Source: an uncultured bacterium
GTDB taxonomy: Bacteria > Krumholzibacteriota > Krumholzibacteriia > Krumholzibacteriales > Krumholzibacteriaceae
DNA: 35,218 bases
Direction of reading: 5' to 3'
Assembly (NCBI GenBank): GCA_965371515.1
Contig: CBDUYR010000028.1
Span: forward strand, 1 to 35,218
Positions within the stretch are counted from its first letter, which is position 1. The number at the start of each line of letters is the position of its first letter. Positions 1-6,310 of this stretch are shown piece after piece. The position numbers and the translations under genes are program-made. Under the pieces are notes generated by a model. That model searched no databases, was not told the DNA's origin, and saw only the letters and a list, made by a program, of their open reading frames with translations.

Positions 1-156
1 GGCTTTAGCCTTGGTCTTCCTCTTGGCTTTGGCCTTGGTCTTCCTCTTGGCTTTGACCTTGGTCTTCCTCTTGGCTTTGGCCTTCTTCTTGACCTTGGCT
101 TTGACCTTGCGTTTGGTCTTGGCCTTGACCTTGCGTTTGGTCTTGGCCTTGACCTT
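1..156 (-). repeat. 24-nt coding tandem repeats (8-aa units KAKRKTK[A/V] and KVKAKTKR)
   Basis: Repeated plus-strand units such as ccttggtcttcctcttggcttt (three copies) and gaccttgcgtttggtcttggcctt (two copies). Confidence 0.8.
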
Positions 157-225
157 TTTCTTCTTGACCTTGGCCTTGGTCTTGACCTTCCTCTTCGTCT
201 TGGCTTTCTTCTTGGTCTTAGCCAT
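1..225 (-). CDS. Lys/Ala-rich histone H1-like DNA-binding protein (3' end runs off window)
   Basis: Minus strand from ATG at 225 reads MAKTKKKAKTKRKVKTKAKVKKKKVKAKTKRKVKAKTKRKVKAKVKKKAKAKRKTKVKAKRKTKAKAKRKTKAKA with no stop. AAAGGGGTG SD-like sequence upstream. Not in the ORF track because it is open-ended. Confidence 0.85.
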   Translation of the reverse strand, partial: MAKTKKKAKTKRKVKTKAKVKKKKVKAKTKRKVKAKTKRKVKAKVKKKAKAKRKTKVKAKRKTKAKAKRKTKAKA

Positions 226-336
226 CTGCCCACCCCTTTGAAAAGGTTGAAAGCCTACCAGCGAACACCTTCGCTTTCACGTTTCGAGTCATGCACAGAT
301 GCAAGAGTGAAAGCAATCTGCCTTAATTAAATTCAA

Positions 337-364
337 GTTATAAACATGGTGAAAAAAGTGTCAA
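337..364 (-). promoter_or_regulatory. sigma70-type promoter for the histone-like gene
   Basis: Minus strand TTGACA (364-359), 16 nt, TATAAC (342-337), in an AT-rich intergenic region. Confidence 0.6.
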
Positions 365-434
365 GGCTTTTCATTCTTTTTTTCAAATTAATTCAATTTA
401 TTTTTTCATCATAATTCACGTTTGCAAGCGCGCA

Positions 435-463
435 TTGACACAGAATATTCACGTTGCTATCAT
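435..463 (+). promoter_or_regulatory. sigma70-type promoter for the DUF362-NhaC pair
   Basis: TTGACA (435-440), 17 nt, TATCAT (458-463), with a TG-n extended -10. Confidence 0.7.
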
Positions 464-515
464 TGCCGACGAATCAACACCCTTACTTCGGATAAATAAA
501 GGAATCAACAGCACC

Positions 516-1517
516 ATGACAAGCGACGTCACACACATTAAAAACGAAGATGATCTTGTTGCATTTCTCGAGAAAGAATTCAGCGCCATATTTTCCGAAG
601 GGGATTCGATACTCGTCAAGATGCACATGGGAGAACCAGGCAACAGGACTCATGTTTCCGCGCCGCTCGCGAAGAACGTAATCGACATACTCGTCTCGCT
701 GGGATGCAGACCCTTCGTATTCGACTCTCCCGTTGTCTATTCGAGTCCAAGAAACAACGAGGCTGGATACCGCGATAGTGCTGCCAGGAACGGATTTACG
801 AAGGAATCGCTTGGCGTGCCGGTCGTCATATCGAACCGGTCGGAAACGCTCAACGGCGAGCTCATGGCGTACGAGCTGTGCTCCGAGCCTCTAGAAGCGG
901 ACGGAGTGCTGCTGCTCTCCCATTTCAAGGGGCACATATGTTCGGGCATGGGAGGAGCGATCAAGAACGTAGGAATGGGATGCATGTCAAAGTCAACGAA
1001 AGGCGCGATACATACCGGAGGCGAACCGGTGTACGGAGATGGATGCACCGAATGCGGCGCCTGCGTAGAGAACTGTCCGACGGACAACATAAGGCTGGAC
1101 AGAGGACGTCCGTTCTTCGACGTCTCGTGGTGTCCGGGCTGCAGCAACTGCGTCATCTCATGTCCGGAGAGCTGCATCTCTCCGAAGACCGCGAAGTTCG
1201 ACTCGCTGCTCGCCGAGGCGGCAACAATCGCCTTTGGAAAATTCGGCAAGAGTTACGCGATCAACGTGATGCAGAATATGACACAGCTCTGCGACTGCGT
1301 CGCTGACTCCGGTCCGGTGCTCGCCGATGATTCGGGATTCGTTTGCGGAGCGGACATGGTATCGGTCGACATCGCATCGCTCGACATCCTGGAGAGGGAT
1401 ACCGGATCGAAAGACCTGTTCGCCGAGTACAACAAAAAATCGTCCCGTCTGCACGTCGAGGAAGCCGCACGCCTGCTTGGCAGAGACATGGAAGTGACAA
1501 TCAAGGAGATCGGCTGA
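516..1517 (+). CDS. DUF362 domain protein with 2x[4Fe-4S] ferredoxin insert
   Basis: Motifs VKMHMGEPGN and SHFKGH...GGAIKNVGMGC, ferredoxin motifs CTECGACVENCP and CPGCSNCVISCP, and CDC. Start moved to ATG 516 (AAGGA SD); the ORF-track TTG start is the -35 box. Confidence 0.85.
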   Translation: MTSDVTHIKNEDDLVAFLEKEFSAIFSEGDSILVKMHMGEPGNRTHVSAPLAKNVIDILVSLGCRPFVFDSPVVYSSPRNNEAGYRDSAARNGFTKESLGVPVVISNRSETLNGELMAYELCSEPLEADGVLLLSHFKGHICSGMGGAIKNVGMGCMSKSTKGAIHTGGEPVYGDGCTECGACVENCPTDNIRLDRGRPFFDVSWCPGCSNCVISCPESCISPKTAKFDSLLAEAATIAFGKFGKSYAINVMQNMTQLCDCVADSGPVLADDSGFVCGADMVSVDIASLDILERDTGSKDLFAEYNKKSSRLHVEEAARLLGRDMEVTIKEIG

Positions 1518-3433
1518 TGAAGCATTCCGCACGCCGGCCCTTTCTGACACTCATTTTCGTCGTCGTCCTGTCACAGATCCTTCCATCAGCCCTGCTCGCC
1601 TCGCCCGGAACGACAGTCCTGAAGGGCGTGCCCTTCAGGTACTCGCCGCCCTCAGGTTACACGGAGGAGTTCGGAGGCATAGACATACCCGTCACCGTTG
1701 CGATAGACGGAGAAACAGTCTATTCGGGCTCGTCGTCCGGGCTCCGGGCCTCACCCCCGATGCTCGAGCTAAAAGGCCCGGGTGCGCACAGAATCAGCAC
1801 GACTGCGGGCGGAAAGACCTGGGACGTCGAGACGAGGGCGATCAACGGGCTGCTTTCGATCCTTCCACCACTGATCGCCATCGTCTTCGCGCTCGCCTTC
1901 AGACAGGTGATAGTCGCGCTGCTCGCCGGAGTCTGGCTCGGATCGTTCATCCTCTGGGATTTCCGGCCGCTCGCCTCACTGCTCCACGTCGTCGACTACT
2001 ATATCGTCGGCGCTCTGTCGAGTCCCAAGGAAGGAGCGGACCACGTCTCGATCGTAGTATTCACACTTCTCCTGGGCGGTATGGTCGGCATCACATCGAG
2101 GATGGGCGGGATGCAGGGTATCGTGAACATGGTGTCCCGGCTCGCAACGACCCCCAAGCGTGGACAGCTGACCACATGGCTCCTGGGAATCCTGATCTTC
2201 TTCGACGATTACACCAACACGCTGATAGTCGGAAACTCGATGCGACCGCTGACTGACAGGCTGAGGATATCGCGTGAGAAGCTCTCATATATAGTAGACT
2301 CCACGGCGGCCCCGGTCACGGTGCTCGCAGTGATAACGAGCTGGATTGGATTCCAGATCTCACTTATCGGCCAGTCATTTGTCGCGCTCGGTGTCGACCG
2401 CAATCCGTTCGGCACGTTCATCTCGGCTATACCGTACAACTTCTATCCTATACTCGCAGTCCTCTTCGTGCTGATAATCGTGCTGTCGGGAAGGGACTAT
2501 TCCCTGATGTACAGGGCCGAGAGACGGGCGAGGAAGACCGGAAAGCTGTCGAGCGATTCGGCCGTCCCGATTTCAGACATGGACGCCGAAAACATCGCTC
2601 CCGCCTCCGGAGCCACCCCTCGATTTTTCAATGGAGTGCTTCCGATCGCGACGGTGATAATCGTCACGGTCGCAGGACTGATCGTGACGGGAAGAGCCTC
2701 ACTCACCGCCGAGGGAATCGCAGGCGCCGGCCTGCTAGACATAATCAAGGAATCGGACTCGTTCAAGGCACTTCTCTGGGGGTCGTTCTCCGGATGCCTC
2801 GTTGCGGCGGCCCTCGCCCTGGGACAGAGACTCCTCAACCTGACACATACAGTCATGGCCCTCGCTAACGGCATCAAGTCGATGGTGCCGGCGATGATCA
2901 TCCTCATGCTGGCCTGGTGCATAGGAAGGGTCTGCTCCGAGATCAGGACGGCCGATTATCTCGTCTATCATCTGTCCGGTCTGATCTCGCCGCGGTTTCT
3001 TCCCATGCTCGTCTTTCTCCTGGCCGTCGGCATATCGTTCTCTACGGGCACATCTTGGGGAACGATGTCGATACTTACTCCTATAGTCATCCCTCTCGTC
3101 TACGGAACGTTTGCCGGAGATGCAGGAGGCAGCGCCATACTCGACCGCGTCCTCTACTCATCGATTGCCGCGATACTCGCAGGTGCGGTGTTCGGCGATC
3201 ACTGCTCGCCGATATCGGACACCACGATCATGTCCTCGATGGCATCTGGAGCAGACCACGTCGACCACGTACGCACGCAGCTCCCCTACGCCCTCACCGT
3301 TGGAGCCGTATCGATCGTGTTCGGGTACCTTCTCCTCGCCGTCGGGATGCCTGCCATCCTGTCGCTCGCCTCCGGCACGGCCTTTCTACTCGCATTCGTC
3401 AGGTTCGCCGGGAAGCCTGTCGATATCGACTGA
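1517..3433 (+). CDS. Na+/H+ antiporter NhaC family transporter with N-terminal extracytoplasmic extension
   Basis: Motifs IFFDDY, SREKLSYIVDSTAAP, FSTGTSWGT and GDHCSPISDTTIMSS; many TM helices. ATG overlaps the upstream TGA (TGATG). Confidence 0.9.
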   Translation: MKHSARRPFLTLIFVVVLSQILPSALLASPGTTVLKGVPFRYSPPSGYTEEFGGIDIPVTVAIDGETVYSGSSSGLRASPPMLELKGPGAHRISTTAGGKTWDVETRAINGLLSILPPLIAIVFALAFRQVIVALLAGVWLGSFILWDFRPLASLLHVVDYYIVGALSSPKEGADHVSIVVFTLLLGGMVGITSRMGGMQGIVNMVSRLATTPKRGQLTTWLLGILIFFDDYTNTLIVGNSMRPLTDRLRISREKLSYIVDSTAAPVTVLAVITSWIGFQISLIGQSFVALGVDRNPFGTFISAIPYNFYPILAVLFVLIIVLSGRDYSLMYRAERRARKTGKLSSDSAVPISDMDAENIAPASGATPRFFNGVLPIATVIIVTVAGLIVTGRASLTAEGIAGAGLLDIIKESDSFKALLWGSFSGCLVAAALALGQRLLNLTHTVMALANGIKSMVPAMIILMLAWCIGRVCSEIRTADYLVYHLSGLISPRFLPMLVFLLAVGISFSTGTSWGTMSILTPIVIPLVYGTFAGDAGGSAILDRVLYSSIAAILAGAVFGDHCSPISDTTIMSSMASGADHVDHVRTQLPYALTVGAVSIVFGYLLLAVGMPAILSLASGTAFLLAFVRFAGKPVDID

Positions 3434-3579
3434 CTCAACCGCTATACCACATTGACAGAAGCGAATGATATCTGCGGATGGAGCTTGCCGGCGACGTTTC
3501 CAACTCGATCAAGATCATCCACCGACCTTCCAATAGCCATTCCCTCGCTCTTCAGCGCCGCTTGATCGCTGCTTCTCCG

Positions 3580-3608
3580 TTGAACGGAAGCGGCGATTCG
3601 ATTATATT
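3580..3608 (+). promoter_or_regulatory. possible sigma70 promoter for the MATE gene
   Basis: TTGAAC, 17 nt, TATATT. Confidence 0.4.
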
Positions 3609-3652
3609 CGTCACTCCTGTTGTCCCAAACAGTCTCGACCGCAAAGGCCACC

Positions 3653-4984
3653 ATGAAGACCGGATCCGAAATGAACAGGGAGATAGTACGGCTGGCCCTG
3701 CCGGTCATCGCCGGCATGATCTCCCACACTATGCTGAACATCGTCGACACAGCGATGGTCGGCCGCCTGGGCGACGTCTCACTGGCCGCCGTCGGGCTCG
3801 GCTCCTTCTTTATACTCGTCGCGGTCCTCGTCTTCGGGGCGCTCAACATCGGCACGCAGGCGCTGACATCGAGACGCCTCGGTGAAAACCGCCCGGAGGA
3901 GTATCCGCGCATAGTAGCCAACTCGCTCCTGCTCGCGTTCGTATTGGGAATCTCCGCTTCGGCCGCCGGTTACTTCCTCACACCGTGGATATTCTCCCTT
4001 CTCTCCAGAGACCCTGATGTTGTCGCCACTGGGGTCCCCTATCTCGAGATCAGGTTTCTCGGCCTCTTTACGATGGTCATGATCTTCACTTTGAGGGGAT
4101 TCGTCTTTGGAATCGCCAGGGTGAGAATAGACATGACAGTATCGTTACTGGTCAATCTGTTCAACGTACTGCTCAACTGGATACTGATATTCGGTAAACT
4201 CGGATTTCCCCGGCTCGAGGTACGGGGAGCTGCGATCGCTTCTGTAGTCTCCACGATAATCGGCCTTATCCTCTACCTCGTCCTCGTCCACTGGCGGATC
4301 CTCGGCAGAATTGCACGCCGCGGGGGCAGCCTGCTCTCGTCGGAGATCATGCGGACGATAGTCCGGATCTCGGCCCCGAGAGCGGTCCAGAGCATATCGA
4401 TCGTCGGATTCATCGTCTTCCTGAGCTTCATCGGAAGGATCGGAGTCAAGGAGCTGGCGATCAGCAACATCATCTTCAAGGCGTTCAACCTCTCGTTCAT
4501 GGTCGGTATGTCGGTCGGTGTCGCCTCGGCAACACTGGTCGGGAGAAGTCTCGGCGAAGGAAACGGAACACTCGCATCGCGTTACGGCTGGAGATCGGCA
4601 TTGATCGGCTCGGTCCTGATGGGAATAACAGGCACTCTCTTCATGTTCTTTCCACGGCAGATAATGGGCATCTTCTCCAGTTCCCCCGAGACAATAGAAC
4701 TCGGAGTGACAGCATTCAGGCTGCTCGGTGCATTCCAGCTGATCGACGGCATCGGCATAGTGCTGTCGCGAACGCTCCAGGGGGCGGGCAGTACGATGTA
4801 TGTGATGTTTTGCGAGATGATATGCATATGGATAGTGATGATCCCCTTCTCCTGGCTGGCAGTGGAACGCTACGGCGGAAACCTGGCCGTCACATGGCTG
4901 GGCCTCTATCTCTATATGATCGTCTTCTCGCTTATGATGGTCTGGAAATTCCGCGAGGGAGGCTGGAAGAAGGTCAGGATCTAA
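3653..4984 (+). CDS. MATE family efflux transporter
   Basis: Motifs LALPVI...NIVDTAMVGRLG, NVLLNWILIFG and GAAIAS; about 12 TM helices. Start is ATG 3653 or 3671. Confidence 0.9.
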   Translation: MKTGSEMNREIVRLALPVIAGMISHTMLNIVDTAMVGRLGDVSLAAVGLGSFFILVAVLVFGALNIGTQALTSRRLGENRPEEYPRIVANSLLLAFVLGISASAAGYFLTPWIFSLLSRDPDVVATGVPYLEIRFLGLFTMVMIFTLRGFVFGIARVRIDMTVSLLVNLFNVLLNWILIFGKLGFPRLEVRGAAIASVVSTIIGLILYLVLVHWRILGRIARRGGSLLSSEIMRTIVRISAPRAVQSISIVGFIVFLSFIGRIGVKELAISNIIFKAFNLSFMVGMSVGVASATLVGRSLGEGNGTLASRYGWRSALIGSVLMGITGTLFMFFPRQIMGIFSSSPETIELGVTAFRLLGAFQLIDGIGIVLSRTLQGAGSTMYVMFCEMICIWIVMIPFSWLAVERYGGNLAVTWLGLYLYMIVFSLMMVWKFREGGWKKVRI

Positions 4985-5002
4985 GCTCCTCCGATTAACC
5001 CC

Positions 5003-5036
5003 TTGACAATTCTATCATATTGATATATTAGTATAT
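5003..5036 (+). promoter_or_regulatory. promoter and palindromic operator of the ArsR operon
   Basis: TTGACA at 5003-5008 followed by AT-rich inverted repeats TATCA-TAT-TGATA (5013-5025) and ATATA-TTAG-TATAT (5023-5036) that overlap the -10 region. Confidence 0.6.
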
Positions 5037-5042
5037 GAACAT

Positions 5043-5459
5043 ATGAAAGGAACGGACTTGGCCGCAAAAAATGATAACGGTACCTTCGACGCAATCGCCT
5101 GCAGGCTCAGGGCAATGTCGGACCCTGCAAGGCTCGCCATAATCCACTGCCTCTGCAGCGGAGAGAGGAACGTATCATGCATCGTCGAGGAGACGGGTTA
5201 CGGCCAGGCCTGCGTATCGAAGCATCTGAGTATACTGCGTCGGCACGAACTGGTCAGTACCCGGCGTGACCACAGGAAGATCTTCTACAGCCTTACCAGC
5301 ACCCTTCCTGAGGACATTTGCCGAATGGTCTGCAGATCAATTGAAGACTCGACATCAGATCGACTGGACGCGCTGCGCAGTTTTTATCCGCGACAGTCGG
5401 CGGGGGGTCCCGGTATACCCCCTGCCGGCCGACCGGCGGCCGGAGGCGATCCTGAATGA
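5043..5459 (+). CDS. ArsR/SmtB family transcriptional regulator, Cys-rich
   Basis: LRAMSDPARLAII...VSKHLSILRR..LV..RR...IFYSL winged-helix pattern; 7 Cys including C-terminal CxxxC. True start may be TTG 5058 (AAGGA SD). Confidence 0.9.
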   Translation: MKGTDLAAKNDNGTFDAIACRLRAMSDPARLAIIHCLCSGERNVSCIVEETGYGQACVSKHLSILRRHELVSTRRDHRKIFYSLTSTLPEDICRMVCRSIEDSTSDRLDALRSFYPRQSAGGPGIPPAGRPAAGGDPE

Positions 5460-5635
5460 GTTACCATATATCGAGGACAGTCGACCTGGATTTCAACGAG
5501 GCGGTCTCGAGGACCATCGAGGAACTGAAGAAGGAAGGGTTCGGCGTTCTGACCGACGTAGTGGAAAACGAGGCCCTCGCGCCGATCGGAACGCTGGTCC
5601 GCGAGAAACTCTCAAAAGTCGTAGAGGGGGTCTGA
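5456..5635 (+). CDS. short DUF302-like protein, apparently internally deleted (59 aa; possible pseudogene)
   Basis: MSYHISRTVDLDFNEAVSRTIEELKKEGFGVLTDVVENEALAPIGTLVREKLSKVVEGV. N- and C-termini resemble DUF302 proteins; the central part is absent. ATGA overlap with the arsR stop and GGAGG SD. Confidence 0.7.
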   Translation: MSYHISRTVDLDFNEAVSRTIEELKKEGFGVLTDVVENEALAPIGTLVREKLSKVVEGV

Positions 5636-5638
5636 GGT

Positions 5639-5806
5639 ATGAGCGAGATCCTGAAACTGCTTCTGTTCCTCGCGGTATGGATCGTGATAATGAGGATAGT
5701 GCTGCCCCGTATGGGCGTCCCCACCTGAATGAGCGGGACTTGCGATACCGGGGACCGGTATGAGGATAAAGAGACGAAGGAAAAAAACGACAGCGGAGGA
5801 GAATAG
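5639..5806 (+). CDS. small membrane protein, candidate selenoprotein (UGA at 5726-5728; 29 aa if UGA is a stop, 55 aa if Sec)
   Basis: MSEILKLLLFLAVWIVIMRIVLPRMGVPT-(TGA)-MSGTCDTGDRYEDKETKEKNDSGGE-TAG. The TAG abuts the next ATG, and a hairpin follows the TGA. Confidence 0.7.
5745..5761 (+). promoter_or_regulatory. candidate bacterial SECIS element 1
   Basis: Perfect stem ATACCGG/CCGGTAT with loop GGA; the loop starts 23 nt after the UGA and begins with G. Confidence 0.55.
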
Positions 5807-5980
5807 ATGCCGATCTACGAATACAGGTGCGAAAAGTGCGGGAAGCACTTCGAGGAACTCGTTATGAACTCCTCGCAGAAGGTCGCCTGCCCCGGCTGCG
5901 ACAGCGAAAGAGTCGAGATGGAGTTCTCTCTCTTCGCCAGCTCCGCGTCCGGTTGCGCCCCGTCGGGAGGTTTTGGCTGA
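5807..5980 (+). CDS. FmdB family zinc-ribbon protein (possible Sec read-through to 5995)
   Basis: MPIYEYRCEKCGKHFEELV...VACPGCDS...GCAPSGGFG-TGA; classic MPxYEYxCxxCG...CPxC pattern; GGAGGAG SD. Confidence 0.9.
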   Translation: MPIYEYRCEKCGKHFEELVMNSSQKVACPGCDSERVEMEFSLFASSASGCAPSGGFG

Positions 5981-5994
5981 AACCCCTTCAGATA

Positions 5995-6013
5995 GGGCGG
6001 CGGTTCGCCGCTC
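5995..6013 (+). promoter_or_regulatory. candidate bacterial SECIS element 2
   Basis: Stem GGGCGGCG/CGCCGCTC (one G-U pair) with loop GTT; the loop starts 22 nt after the UGA at 5978-5980. Confidence 0.4.
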
Positions 6014-6051
6014 GAGAGCTAGACCGGGCCCGACGGCCCGTTCAGTCACGC

Positions 6052-6089
6052 AAAGAACCGGCCGCCATTACGGCGGCCGGTTCTTTTTT
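6052..6089. terminator. intrinsic terminator, probably bidirectional
   Basis: AAAGAACCGGCCGCC-ATTAC-GGCGGCCGGTTCTTTTTT between the convergent ArsR operon and the tRNA genes. Confidence 0.85.
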
Positions 6090-6090
6090 C

Positions 6091-6165
6091 TGGTAGCCCC
6101 TAGGGGAATTGAACCCCTGATTCATGGCTGAGAACCATGCGTCCTGACCACTAGACTAAGGGGCC
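6091..6165 (-). tRNA. tRNA-Glu (CTC)
   Basis: Reverse complement GGCCCCTTAGTCTAGTGG...CATGG-TTCTCAG-CCATG...GGTTCAATTCC...GGGGCTACCA; cloverleaf with encoded CCA. Confidence 0.95.
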
Positions 6166-6176
6166 ATTATATTAAA

Positions 6177-6250
6177 TGGCTGGAGAGGGAGGACTCGAAC
6201 CCCCATCGGCTGATCCAGAGTCAGCTGTCCTACCGTTGGACGACTCTCCA
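6177..6250 (-). tRNA. tRNA-Gln (CTG)
   Basis: Reverse complement TGGAGAGTCGTCCAACGGTAGGACA-GCTGA-CTCTGGA-TCAGC...GGTTCGAGTCC...CTCTCCAGCCA. Confidence 0.95.
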
Positions 6251-6310
6251 GAAAGTACAAGACAAGTTACAATATTTGATGCGCCTGCGCAATATCCTTT
6301 GTGAAATAAA

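Noticed and set aside
1..160. Short repeats as a possible CRISPR array
   Set aside because: They are contiguous codon-phase repeats with no unique spacers and no cas genes.
11..241. 76-aa hydrophobic plus-strand ORF (MVFLLALALVF...)
   Set aside because: It is the antisense shadow of the Lys-rich repeat gene; the SD and promoter support the minus strand.
5633..5641. Sec read-through of the DUF302 UGA into the in-frame membrane peptide
   Set aside because: No convincing hairpin follows this UGA, it lies at the natural DUF302 C-terminus, and the next ATG has its own SD-like GAGGGGG.
5266..6096. ORF-track ORFs 5266-5763, 5461-5724, 5612-6049 and 5827-6096
   Set aside because: They are alternative-frame or antisense overlaps of the three real micro-ORFs and have no recognisable motifs.
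4985..6165. ArsR operon as an island integrated at the tRNA-Glu 3' end
   Set aside because: No integrase and no duplicated tRNA 3' end (att site) seen.
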